This document shows, piece by piece, positions 55,377-64,000 of a stretch of 64,000 nt of DNA. The DNA comes from an uncultured Elusimicrobiales bacterium (GTDB lineage Bacteria > Elusimicrobiota > Elusimicrobia > Elusimicrobiales > Elusimicrobiaceae): NCBI GenBank assembly GCA_934667625.1, contig CAKUMH010000001.1, positions 24,792 through 88,791 of the forward strand, written 5' to 3'. The position numbers and the translations under genes are program-made. How positions within the stretch are numbered: the stretch's first letter is position 1; each line of letters opens with the position of its first letter. The notes under the pieces were generated by a model. The model searched no databases, had not been told where the DNA came from, and was given only the letters and a program-made list of their open reading frames with translations.

Positions 55377-55976
55377 TTAGGCCAGTCCTTCCTGCGAGGT
55401 GATCACTTCCATTTCCGGGCGTTTGCCGGAGGTCCAGGCGGAATTTTCCACCTGCTGCAAAATGGGCTCCAGCTTGCCTTGCGCCTGCAGGATAAAATCT
55501 ACAATTTCGCGGTAGGCGCCGTCCCCACCGACGCGCTTGGTAATGTAGTGCGCGTGCTTTTTGACGCACTCCAACGCATTGGGCACCGTGGCGGCAAAGC
55601 CCACCTCTTTTAACAAGGGGATATCGGTGATATCGTCGCCGATATACGCCACCTGCTCGGCCGTAAGGCCTTCGCGCTCCAGCACGTCGTTAAGCGGCCC
55701 GATTTTGGTCAAAAAACCTTGGTACATGTATTTGAAACCCAGGGTTTTGGCGCGCGTAACCGTGGTGGGATGGCGGCGGCCCGTAATAATGCCGCACAAA
55801 ATGCCCGCGCTGTGGCAGAGCAAAACGGCGATGCCGTCCTGCGTGTGAAAGGATTTAAATTCGTCTATTTTGCCGTCGTCGCGGACAAAAAAATTGACTT
55901 TTCCGTCCGTCAGGATGCCGTCAACATCGGTCAAAATGGCCCGTACTTTGCGGGCGCGTTCTATTGCCTGTTCCAT
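55377..55976 (-). CDS. kdsC: KdsC-like HAD phosphatase (KDO 8-phosphate phosphatase family)
   Basis: ILTDVDGILTDGKV motif I; YIGDDITDIP motif; C-terminal ~40-aa extension. Confidence 0.7.
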   Translation of the reverse strand: MEQAIERARKVRAILTDVDGILTDGKVNFFVRDDGKIDEFKSFHTQDGIAVLLCHSAGILCGIITGRRHPTTVTRAKTLGFKYMYQGFLTKIGPLNDVLEREGLTAEQVAYIGDDITDIPLLKEVGFAATVPNALECVKKHAHYITKRVGGDGAYREIVDFILQAQGKLEPILQQVENSAWTSGKRPEMEVITSQEGLA

Positions 55977-56084
55977 ATATAAGGTATTATACCAAATATC
56001 CCCAGGCCCGGCCCGCGGGCCTTCCGCGCGCGGGGCGCGTTATTTTATATAATGGAGGTAATCGTTTGAAAGGGGTTTGATACG

Positions 56085-58601
56085 ATGGCAAAAAGATTTA
56101 CCGAAAATGCACAAAAAGTAATTCTCGTCGCACAGGAAGAAGCCAAACGCTTGAACCACGATTATGTGGGCACTGAGCATATTCTCTTGGGGTTAAGTGC
56201 TTTGGAAGGCACCGTTTCCAACAAAATTTTATCCGGGCTCGGCGTTACGTTTCGCAAAGTCCGCCAGGAAATTGAAAAAATGGTGGGCATCGGCGATGCT
56301 ATTATGCTGTTGGGAGAAATCCCGTTCACGCCGCGCGCCAAAAAAGTGCTGGAATTTTCTGTAGAAGAATCCCAACTGTTGGACACCGACCATATCGGCA
56401 CGGAACACATTTTGCTGGGGCTCATCCGCGAGGAAGAAGGCATGGCAGGCAAAATTTTGGAAAACCTCGGCCTGCGCCTGGATACCGTGCGCGACACTGT
56501 GCTCAACTACATTGGCGATGCGGACGAAGCCATCAACGAGGACGCCCCGCTGCCCAAGGATTTGGAACTTAATTTGGCCCAGCGCCGCCAGGAAACCAAC
56601 GAAAAAAAGAGCAAAACCCCCACGCTGGACGAATACACGCGCGATTTAACCAAACTGGCCGCGCAACACCGGCTGGACCCGGTCATCGGGCGCGAGGAAG
56701 AAATTGAACGGCTCGTGCAAATTTTGGCGCGCCGCACCAAAAACAACCCGGTGCTCATTGGCGAACCCGGCGTAGGCAAAACGGCCATTGTAGAGGGGCT
56801 GGCGCAAAAAATCGCTTCCGGCGAAATTTCGGACGTACTTTCCAATAAGCGGCTTTTGGCGCTGGATTTGGCCTCTGTAGTAGCCGGCACCAAATACCGC
56901 GGCGAATTTGAACAGCGCCTAAAAAACATCATTGACGAATTGGCCGCCAGCCAGGACGCTATTGTTTTTATTGACGAGCTCCACACCATTATCGGGGCAG
57001 GCGCGGCGGAAGGGTCTATAGACGCTTCCAATATGTTAAAGCCCGCCCTGGCCCGCGGCGAAGTGCAGTGCATCGGCGCCACTACTTTTGACGAATACCG
57101 CAAATACATTGAGGCGGACACCGCCCTGGAACGCCGCTTTCAGCCCGTCGTGGCAGACCCGCCGGATGTGGACGAAACCATTGCCATTTTGAAGGGTGTG
57201 CGGGCCAAGTACGAGGCACACCACAAGGTGCACTATACGGACGGGGCTATCCGCGCCGCCGCCACGCTGGCCGACCGCTATATTACCGACCGCGCCATGC
57301 CGGACAAAGCACTGGACCTTTTTGACGAAGCCGGTGCCCGCACCCGCTTGAAAAATGCCACACTACCGCCCGAAATTAAACAAAAGCAGCAGGAGTACAA
57401 TCAGGCAGTGCAGGAAAAGGATGAGGCCCTTTCCAACAAAGAATTTGAAAAGGCCGCCGCCGCCAAAGACACCGAGGCGCGCCTGAAGGATTACATTGAA
57501 ATTTTAAAACAAGAATGGCATAAAAAGCACGACCGGGAAGTGCCGCAGGTAACGGAAGAGGACATTGCCTTGGTCGCTTCCAAGTGGACGGGCATCCCCG
57601 TTACGCGCCTTACCCAAAGCGAAACCGACAAGATTTTGCACATGGAGCAACACCTCCACGAGCGCATTATCGGGCAGGACGATGCGGTGAGAGCCGTCTC
57701 GCAAGCCATTCGCCGCAACCGCACCGGGCTGGGCAACCCGCACCGGCCGATTGGCGGATTTCTCTTTTTGGGTCCCACGGGCGTGGGTAAAACGGAACTG
57801 GCCAAAAGTTTGGCCACTTTCCTGTTTGGGGACGAGGACGCCATGATCCGGCTGGATATGTCCGAATACATGGAAAAGTTTGCCGTTTCCCGCCTCATCG
57901 GCGCGCCGCCCGGCTATGTGGGCTATGAAGAAGGCGGCCAGCTGACCGAAGCCGTCCGCCGCCGCCCTTACAGCGTGGTGGTATTGGACGAGTTGGAAAA
58001 AGCCCACCCGGACATTTACAACATTTTGCTCCAAGTGTTAGACGAAGGCGCCCTGAGCGATAATTTGGGCCACAAGGTAAGTTTTAAAAACTGTGTGATT
58101 ATTATGACGTCCAACGTCGGCGCACGCGAAATTACCAACAAAGGCAACACGCTGGGCTTTGCGGCGCAACATTCGCCCGAAGAGGAATACCGCGATATGC
58201 GCAAGAATGTGATGGAAGAGGTAAAGAAAACCTTTAACCCGGAATTTATCAACCGCATTGACGAAATTGTGGTGTTCCATTCTTTATCCAAAGAAAATAT
58301 CGGCGCGATTTTGGACTTGGCCTTAAAAGAAGTGGACGACAAACTGGCCGAGCGCGAACTGGCGCTGGAACTTACCCCCGCCGCCAAGGACTTTTTGGTA
58401 GAAAAAGGGTTTGACGTAAAATTCGGCGCGCGGCCGCTGTTACGCACGCTGCAACGCGAGCTGGAGGACCCGTTGGCGGAGAATATCCTCGTCAACCGCT
58501 ACCCCGCACACACCAAAATTATTGTAGACTTTAATAAAGATGCCGGGAACCTTTCGTTCCGCGGCGCGGCAGTGGAACAAAAAACACCCGTAACCATTTA
58601 A
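56085..58601 (+). CDS. clpC: ATP-dependent Clp protease ATP-binding subunit ClpC
   Basis: Two N-terminal Clp R repeats, two AAA+ modules ([16 protein letters not shown]), and a UVR-like linker. Confidence 0.9.
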   Translation: MAKRFTENAQKVILVAQEEAKRLNHDYVGTEHILLGLSALEGTVSNKILSGLGVTFRKVRQEIEKMVGIGDAIMLLGEIPFTPRAKKVLEFSVEESQLLDTDHIGTEHILLGLIREEEGMAGKILENLGLRLDTVRDTVLNYIGDADEAINEDAPLPKDLELNLAQRRQETNEKKSKTPTLDEYTRDLTKLAAQHRLDPVIGREEEIERLVQILARRTKNNPVLIGEPGVGKTAIVEGLAQKIASGEISDVLSNKRLLALDLASVVAGTKYRGEFEQRLKNIIDELAASQDAIVFIDELHTIIGAGAAEGSIDASNMLKPALARGEVQCIGATTFDEYRKYIEADTALERRFQPVVADPPDVDETIAILKGVRAKYEAHHKVHYTDGAIRAAATLADRYITDRAMPDKALDLFDEAGARTRLKNATLPPEIKQKQQEYNQAVQEKDEALSNKEFEKAAAAKDTEARLKDYIEILKQEWHKKHDREVPQVTEEDIALVASKWTGIPVTRLTQSETDKILHMEQHLHERIIGQDDAVRAVSQAIRRNRTGLGNPHRPIGGFLFLGPTGVGKTELAKSLATFLFGDEDAMIRLDMSEYMEKFAVSRLIGAPPGYVGYEEGGQLTEAVRRRPYSVVVLDELEKAHPDIYNILLQVLDEGALSDNLGHKVSFKNCVIIMTSNVGAREITNKGNTLGFAAQHSPEEEYRDMRKNVMEEVKKTFNPEFINRIDEIVVFHSLSKENIGAILDLALKEVDDKLAERELALELTPAAKDFLVEKGFDVKFGARPLLRTLQRELEDPLAENILVNRYPAHTKIIVDFNKDAGNLSFRGAAVEQKTPVTI

Positions 58602-58623
58602 CCCAACAGGGAGGATTATTAGC

Positions 58624-59694
58624 ATGGACGCAAACAAACAAAAAGCGCTGGATTTGGCCCTCGGTCAAATTGAAAAAGCGTTTGGCAAAGAAGCCATTTG
58701 CAAGTTAGGCGGAGGCGGCGTAAAAAACGTGGAAGCCATTCCCACGGGGGCGCTGTCCTTGGATTTGGCCTTAGGCGTGGGCGGGCTTCCCCGCGGGCGC
58801 GTGATTGAAATTTACGGCCCGGAAGCCGGCGGCAAGACCACCTTGTCTTTACACGTGGCGGCCCAAACCCAAAAAATGGGCGGCACGGTGGCGTTTATTG
58901 ACGCCGAACACGCGTTGGACCCTGTGTATGCCGCCAATTTGGGCGTAAACGTGGACGAGCTTTTGGTATCGCAGCCCGATTCGGGCGAACAGGCCTTGGA
59001 AATTGCCGAAAAGCTGGTGCGCTCGGGCGCGATTGATTTGATTGTGGTGGACTCCGTGGCGGCGCTGGTGCCGAAAGCGGAAATTGAAGGCGAAATGGGC
59101 GACGCGCACGTGGGCTTGCAGGCCAGACTGATGAGCCAGGCCTTGCGCAAGCTGACCAGTCTTCTCAACAAAACCAAAACGAGCATTATTTTTATTAACC
59201 AGCTTCGCCAAAAAATCGGCGTGATGTTTGGCAACCCGGAAACCACTCCCGGCGGGCTGGCCCTTAAATTTTACGCGTCCGTGCGTATTGATGTGCGCCG
59301 CATAGAAAACCTCAAAAAAGGCGACGAGGTTATCGGCACGCGCGTGCGCGCCAAAGTAACCAAAAACAAGGTGGCGCCGCCGTACCGCCAGGCCGAATTT
59401 ACCATGATTTTGGGTCACGGTATTTCGCGTGAGGCCTGCATTATTGACAAAGCGGTGGAAGCGGGTTTTGTGGAAAAGAGCGGCAGCTGGTACCTGTACG
59501 GGGAAGAAAAGCTGGGCCAAGGGGCAGACAACGCCCGCCAGTACCTCAAAGACAACCCCGAACTGGCCGCTGAAATTGAGGATAAACTTTATGTAAAGTA
59601 TCTCGGCCACCACTACAACGGCAAAAAGGCCGACGCGGCGGAACAGGCAAAAGCCGAACCCGCCAAAGAACCTAAAAAGGTTACAAAGAAATAG
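58624..59694 (+). CDS. recA: Recombinase RecA
   Basis: GPEAGGKTT Walker A; L1/L2 loops; canonical RecA throughout. Confidence 0.95.
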   Translation: MDANKQKALDLALGQIEKAFGKEAICKLGGGGVKNVEAIPTGALSLDLALGVGGLPRGRVIEIYGPEAGGKTTLSLHVAAQTQKMGGTVAFIDAEHALDPVYAANLGVNVDELLVSQPDSGEQALEIAEKLVRSGAIDLIVVDSVAALVPKAEIEGEMGDAHVGLQARLMSQALRKLTSLLNKTKTSIIFINQLRQKIGVMFGNPETTPGGLALKFYASVRIDVRRIENLKKGDEVIGTRVRAKVTKNKVAPPYRQAEFTMILGHGISREACIIDKAVEAGFVEKSGSWYLYGEEKLGQGADNARQYLKDNPELAAEIEDKLYVKYLGHHYNGKKADAAEQAKAEPAKEPKKVTKK

Positions 59695-59701
59695 ACTCTA
59701 C

Positions 59702-59739
59702 AAAAAATGCCCTAGACTAAAATTCTAGGGCATTTTTTT
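59702..59739. terminator. Bidirectional rho-independent terminator between recA and the pilin gene
   Basis: aaaaaatgccctagactaaaattctagggcattttttt. Confidence 0.6.
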
Positions 59740-59750
59740 AAATTCACCAA

Positions 59751-60215
59751 CTAACAACAGGCACAATAGTCATCATCAGTACTGTTTTTTACATTAAGTA
59801 ATTTGGCATAATCCATTGAATGTTTTACTCCACTGTCTATACAACTTTCATCATAGTTAACTACAAATTCATCCGAATCTAAATAGCATAGACAGACTCC
59901 TTCTTTCTTATACTGAGCAGAGGGAATACTGTTTGACTGGGAACTCGCATAATAATAGAAATCTTTTGTTTCTACAAATCCCTCCTCCTTACTACCAGCA
60001 ATAGAAATGTCCAATTCGTCCATAAAACAAATTTCGTCGCCACCTTTTGCCAAGCGACATACTCTATCTGCTTGAGCAATAGTTTTTAAATTACTCATCG
60101 CTTCTGTAAAACGGGACTTCGTAACCGCCTTGGTATATTGCGGCAACGCCACCGCAGACAATATACCAATAATGAGTACAACAACTAACAATTCTATTAA
60201 TGTAAATCCTTTCAT
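59751..60215 (-). CDS. Type IV pilin-like (prepilin) protein, AT-rich and apparently foreign
   Basis: MKGFTLIELLVVVLIIGILSAVALPQ; AGGAGA RBS; coding sequence visibly lower in GC than its neighbours; C-terminal Cys pairs. Confidence 0.8.
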   Translation of the reverse strand: MKGFTLIELLVVVLIIGILSAVALPQYTKAVTKSRFTEAMSNLKTIAQADRVCRLAKGGDEICFMDELDISIAGSKEEGFVETKDFYYYASSQSNSIPSAQYKKEGVCLCYLDSDEFVVNYDESCIDSGVKHSMDYAKLLNVKNSTDDDYCACC

Positions 60216-60339
60216 TTTTTTCTCCTTATTAATGCCTTTATATTTGAGCAAAACGGCCTTTTATGCGCGTTTTTATACGACAGATACATCCGGGTATGAC
60301 CACCGCGATTTATCAAAATCTTAACAAAAAACGATATTT

Positions 60340-60480
60340 TTTGCCGTCTCCCTGAACTTGGTTCAGGGTCCATCGGAACTTTGACTCTCTTGCGCTGGAT
60401 GCTGAAACAAGTTCAGCATGACGGCGTGTTTTGATAACAGCGAGATCCTGGACTACAACCTTCCAGGATGACGGCTCTTT
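60340..60480. repeat. REP-like hairpin-module cluster between the truncated pilin 5' module and the AT-rich pilin gene
   Basis: ccctgaacttggttcaggg, ggatgctgaaacaagttcagcatgacgg and gagatcctggactacaaccttccaggatgacgg. Confidence 0.6.
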
Positions 60481-60533
60481 TGTGGACCGCCAAACTTGCC
60501 AAGATGACGACTTAAAAAGAGCATGCGTAAAGC

Positions 60534-60565
60534 TGCCTAAACGGCGCGTAGTAACGTTTTTCATA
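60534..60565 (-). pseudogene. Truncated pilin gene: conserved leader codons MKNVTTRRLG only, then REP-like repeats
   Basis: Codons 1-10 are identical to the pilins at 32382 and 38225; the reading frame then runs directly into repeat modules; the conserved upstream module is intact (60563-60665). Confidence 0.5.
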
Positions 60566-60665
60566 ACGACCTTCCTTTTTGATAAATTTTTCGCATACTC
60601 AAAATTTATCAAAAAAAAAACGATTACAACCCTTTTATATTTTGCCGGCCCAAAAAATGGTACAA
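60563..60665 (-). promoter_or_regulatory. Conserved pilin 5' module, copy 3 of 3
   Basis: ccttcctttttgataaatttttcgcatactcaaaatttatcaaaaaaaaaacgattacaacccttttatattttgccggcccaaaaa is near-identical to copies 1 and 2. Confidence 0.5.
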
Positions 60666-60699
60666 AAAGGAAAGGCAACGGCCACAACAAATAAGGAAA

Positions 60700-60870
60700 A
60701 GATCCTGGACTAAAACTCTCCAGAATGACCTTATTTAATAACAACAACGACAAAACGACACAAAGGGTAGATGCTGAAACAAGTTCAGCATGACGGTCTA
60801 TTTTAACCACGGCAAGCCCCTGGGACCCTGCGGGCCGCCAGTTCAGCATGACGACACCTTGTTTAGTTGC
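60700..60870. repeat. REP-like hairpin-module cluster
   Basis: aagatcctggactaaaactctccagaatgac and ggtagatgctgaaacaagttcagcatgacgg, plus a degenerate ggaccctgcgggccgccagttcagcatgacg. Confidence 0.6.
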
Positions 60871-60922
60871 GACAATAACAAGCGGGGCCAAACGGGAACG
60901 CGTAAAAATACTACAATAAGGT

Positions 60923-61810
60923 ATGAACGATTTTTTGCTAGAGGATTTTAAAAATCACCTCACGTTTGAGCGGCAACTATCCAAAAACACCGTGCTTGCG
61001 TACGGAGCGGACACGGAAAGTTTTTTGGAGTATTGCGCCGCCAACGAGCTCCCGCCCGAAAAAGCCACCCCGGAGTTTTTGGACCAATACAACTACCAAC
61101 TCCGCGTCGTGGAAGGGCTCCAACCCGCGAGCGTTTTCCGCAAATTGGAAGCCGTCAAAAGCTTTTACAAGTTTCTGCTGGTGGAGGAGAAAATTCAGGA
61201 TGACCCCACCCGTTTTTTAAAATCGCCCAAACTTTCGCAAAAAATTCCCACCCAACTCACCCGCGAGGAAATGGACCGGCTGCTTTCCTATCCGGCGGAA
61301 AAATTTGACGAAATCCGCACCGTGGCCATTATAGAACTCTTATACGCGGCGGGTCTGCGCGTCAGCGAGCTGATCAACCTGCGGTTGGAAAACGTCAACA
61401 CCGAGGAGGGCTGGGTGTTGGCCTTCGGCAAAGGCGGCAAGCAGCGTTTTGTGCCCATTCATCCGCAAGCTTGCGCGCGCATCAAGGCCTATTTGGACGT
61501 GCGCGAGGCGCATTTTGCCGCCAAAAATGTGGGCTCTGAAGTGTTTTTAAACAAAAACGGCAAAAAAATCAGCCGCGTTTGCGTATGGAAAGACCTGGCC
61601 GCCCTCGGGCGCAAGGCCAACATTTCGCAACCGCTTCATCCGCACCTGTTCCGCCACACCTTTGCCTCGCACTTATTGCAGGGCGGGGCGGACCTGCGCA
61701 GCTTGCAGGAAATGCTGGGACACGCCAATTTGACCACCACCCAAATTTACACGCATTTGGATGTGGGCGACCTAAAAAACAAACACAAAAAATTCCACCC
61801 GCGGGGCTAA
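60923..61810 (+). CDS. Tyrosine site-specific recombinase XerC/XerD family
   Basis: C-terminal catalytic domain HPHLFRHTFASHLLQGGADLRSLQEMLGHANLTTTQIYTHL (R..HxxR..Y); 295 aa. Confidence 0.85.
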   Translation: MNDFLLEDFKNHLTFERQLSKNTVLAYGADTESFLEYCAANELPPEKATPEFLDQYNYQLRVVEGLQPASVFRKLEAVKSFYKFLLVEEKIQDDPTRFLKSPKLSQKIPTQLTREEMDRLLSYPAEKFDEIRTVAIIELLYAAGLRVSELINLRLENVNTEEGWVLAFGKGGKQRFVPIHPQACARIKAYLDVREAHFAAKNVGSEVFLNKNGKKISRVCVWKDLAALGRKANISQPLHPHLFRHTFASHLLQGGADLRSLQEMLGHANLTTTQIYTHLDVGDLKNKHKKFHPRG

Positions 61811-61812
61811 AG

Positions 61813-62526
61813 ATGAAGATTTTAATTCTCCTGCGCCACGGGCAAAGCACTTACAATCTGACACACCGCTTTACGGGTTGGGCCGATGCCGCGCTCACCC
61901 CGCTGGGGCAGCAACAAGCCGCGCAGGCGGGACTACCCTTGCGGCAAAGCGGTTTAAAACCACAGCGCGCCTACAGCTCTTGCTTGCTGCGGGCCAAACA
62001 AACCCTGCAAGCCGCACTCGCCGCCGCTTCCCGGACGGACATTCCCGTGCAAACCGATTGGCGCTTAAACGAACGCCACTACGGTGCACTGCAAGGGCTC
62101 ACCCGCGAGCAAGCCGCCCAACAATTTGGATTGTCAAACGTACTGGCGTGGCGGCGCACCTTCCGCCCGGCCCCGCCGCCCGCGCCGGATAATTCTGCCG
62201 CCCGCCTGCTGGTGCCCGCTACGGTAACGCCGCCCAACGGGGAATCGCTGCAAGCCGCCCAAACGCGGGCGTTGTCTTTTTTGAACGGGGTTGTCTTTCC
62301 CGCTTTTTCGCAAGCGGACGTACAGCTGCTGGCCGCGCACGAAGATTTGCTCCGCGCTCTGGCCGCGCATTTCAAACGCTTGGGCGAAAGCGAACTGGAA
62401 AACCTGGTGGTTCCCCCCGCCGCGCCGTGGGTGCTGGAACTGGATGACGCGTTTTACGCACGGCGGGACCGCTTTTTGGGAGACCCGGCCCAAATCCGCC
62501 GCTTTTTGACCAAAAAGCCCGAGTAG
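61813..62526 (+). CDS. Histidine phosphatase family protein (SixA/GpmB/CobC-like)
   Basis: MKILILLRHGQSTYNL RHG motif; starts 3 nt after the xerC/D stop; the ORF-track upstream extension overlaps xerC/D and is rejected. Confidence 0.7.
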   Translation: MKILILLRHGQSTYNLTHRFTGWADAALTPLGQQQAAQAGLPLRQSGLKPQRAYSSCLLRAKQTLQAALAAASRTDIPVQTDWRLNERHYGALQGLTREQAAQQFGLSNVLAWRRTFRPAPPPAPDNSAARLLVPATVTPPNGESLQAAQTRALSFLNGVVFPAFSQADVQLLAAHEDLLRALAAHFKRLGESELENLVVPPAAPWVLELDDAFYARRDRFLGDPAQIRRFLTKKPE

Positions 62527-62583
62527 TCCTTCCTCTGACAAGGGGCTTATTTTTCCCTTGAAAAATTGTTAAAATAGAGTATT

Positions 62584-64000
62584 ATGAGTATTGATAATTT
62601 TCCGCAAATTGACAAAAAGCAACAAGAACGCTGGGAAAAGGCCAACCTCTTCGCCAGCCCGAAAATGCCGCAGGGCAAAAAGTTTTACTGCTTGGACATG
62701 TTCCCCTACCCCTCGGGGGCGGGGCTGCACGTCGGACACCCGGAGGGCTACACCGCTTCGGACATTCTTGTGCGCTACAAACGGATGAACGGCTACGACG
62801 TACTGCACCCCATGGGGTGGGACGCCTTCGGCCTTCCGGCGGAAAACTACGCCATTTCCACGGGCATTCACCCGCGCATCACCACTCATAAAAACATCCA
62901 AAATTTTAAACGCCAGATTAAATCTATCGGCCTCGCGTACGATTGGAACCGCGAAATTGACACCACGGACCCCAACTACTACAAATGGACGCAGTGGATC
63001 TTTCTGCAGCTTTTTAAAAAGGGCCTCGCCTACGAGTCCACCGTGCCGATAAACTGGTGCCCCTCGTGCAAAACGGGGCTCGCCAACGAGGAAGTCTTTA
63101 ACGGCAAATGCGAACGCTGCGGCCACGAAATTGAACGCAAGGCCCTCAGACAATGGATTTTGCGCATCACCGATTATGCCGAAAAACTGCTGGAAGGGTT
63201 GGACGAACTGGACTGGCCGGAAAGCACGCTGGCCATGCAACGCAACTGGATTGGCAAATCCAACGGAGCGGAAGTGACCTTTCAAGTAGCCGGTACGGAC
63301 GAAAAGCTAACCGTCTTTACCACCCGCCCAGATACACTTTTCGGAGCGACGTATATGGTCGTTTCGCCCGAGCATCCCCTTTTAAAGAAGATCGTCACCC
63401 CCGAGCAACAAGCGGCCGTGGCCGCCTATCAGGTGCAGGCCGCCAAAAAGAGCGATTTGGAACGCGGCGACCTAAACAAAGATAAAACCGGCGTTTTTAC
63501 CGGGGCGTATGCCGTCAATCCGGTAAACGGTAAAAAAATTCCGGTCTGGACGTCCGACTATGTGCTGATGGGATACGGCACAGGCGCGATTATGGCCGTC
63601 CCCGCCCACGACGAGCGCGACTATGCCTTTGCTAAAAAATTCGGGTTGGAAATTATTGAAGTCATCAAGAGCGAACAGGGCGTGGCAAAAGAAGCGTTCA
63701 CGGGAGACGGAGAGCTCGTCAATTCGGATTTTCTGGACGGCCTGCGTGTAAAAGAATCTAAAGCCGCCATGATTAAATGGCTCACCGAACGCGGCCTGGG
63801 CAAAGCCAAAACCACTTACAAATTGCGCGATTGGGTGTTTGCCCGCCAACGCTACTGGGGCGAGCCAATTCCGATTGTGCACTGCCCTAAATGCGGGGTC
63901 GTTCCCTTGCCGGAAGACCAACTGCCGCTGCGCCTGCCGGAAGTGGAAAAATTTGAACCTTCGGGCACGGGCGAATCGCCGTTGGCCGCAGTGGAAGAGT
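62584..64000 (+). CDS. leuS: Leucine--tRNA ligase (5' partial; continues beyond the window)
   Basis: [23 protein letters not shown]...[22 protein letters not shown] (HIGH-class), plus a CP1 editing domain; absent from the ORF track because no stop codon falls in the window. Confidence 0.9.
   Translation, partial: MSIDNFPQIDKKQQERWEKANLFASPKMPQGKKFYCLDMFPYPSGAGLHVGHPEGYTASDILVRYKRMNGYDVLHPMGWDAFGLPAENYAISTGIHPRITTHKNIQNFKRQIKSIGLAYDWNREIDTTDPNYYKWTQWIFLQLFKKGLAYESTVPINWCPSCKTGLANEEVFNGKCERCGHEIERKALRQWILRITDYAEKLLEGLDELDWPESTLAMQRNWIGKSNGAEVTFQVAGTDEKLTVFTTRPDTLFGATYMVVSPEHPLLKKIVTPEQQAAVAAYQVQAAKKSDLERGDLNKDKTGVFTGAYAVNPVNGKKIPVWTSDYVLMGYGTGAIMAVPAHDERDYAFAKKFGLEIIEVIKSEQGVAKEAFTGDGELVNSDFLDGLRVKESKAAMIKWLTERGLGKAKTTYKLRDWVFARQRYWGEPIPIVHCPKCGVVPLPEDQLPLRLPEVEKFEPSGTGESPLAAVEE

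Noticed and set aside
56507-58495. Long antisense ORFs inside clpC (56507..57121, 57504..58034, 58016..58495), and similar ones inside dnaG (45190..45975), rpoD (46052..46816, 47106..47750) and recA (58849..59613)
   Set aside because: They lie opposite strongly conserved genes, with low-complexity Ser/Arg/Ala-rich translations typical of GC-rich antisense frames.
61579-61812. Upstream extension of ORF 61579..62526
   Set aside because: It overlaps the xerC/D 3' end in another frame; the histidine phosphatase starts at MKILILLRHG (61813).
62569-63285. ORF 62569..63285 (minus strand, 238 aa)
   Set aside because: It is antisense to the clear leuS coding sequence on the plus strand; a high-GC antisense artefact.

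Overview
This 64-kb window is a gene-dense bacterial chromosomal segment, roughly 55-60% GC by eye, and it is mostly housekeeping. Only the start of leuS falls inside the window. Part 1: I recognise cysS, metG, dnaB, dnaG-rpoD with rpsU, recA, recG, radA, clpC, holB, tmk, alr, ispDF, gpmI, the rpsF-ssb-rpsR-rplI operon, tsaE-tsaB-rimI, mlaFED, etfAB with an acyl-CoA dehydrogenase, malQ and ogt/alkA. There are three tRNAs: Glu, Lys and Ser. Part 2: the unusual content sits in the intergenic DNA and in a family of type IV pilin-like genes. There are five intact paralogs and one 5' fragment, each with a GFTLIELL prepilin motif. Three of the loci share a near-identical ~130-bp 5' module carrying a 34-bp palindrome. 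A REP-like family of two hairpin modules, one beginning with GTAG, is scattered at five or more loci, mostly beside the pilin genes. One locus holds an 85-bp tandem array with at least three full copies and a partial fourth. One pilin 5' module is truncated after 10 codons and followed by an AT-rich, apparently foreign pilin gene, about 0.7 kb from a XerC/D-family recombinase gene. Together this suggests a pilin cassette-replacement or variation system that I do not recognise as described. Other points of interest are a secreted protein with a snapalysin-type HExxHxLGLxDxY zinc site, a second small ~45-bp intergenic element in two copies, a candidate sRNA region, and a single-domain MGMT paralog that retains the catalytic Cys next to ogt. 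The many pilin paralogs resemble Elusimicrobia-type genomes, but I cannot confirm taxonomy from the sequence. Coordinates read directly from the sequence, such as the tRNAs, terminators and repeats, may be off by 1-2 nt.
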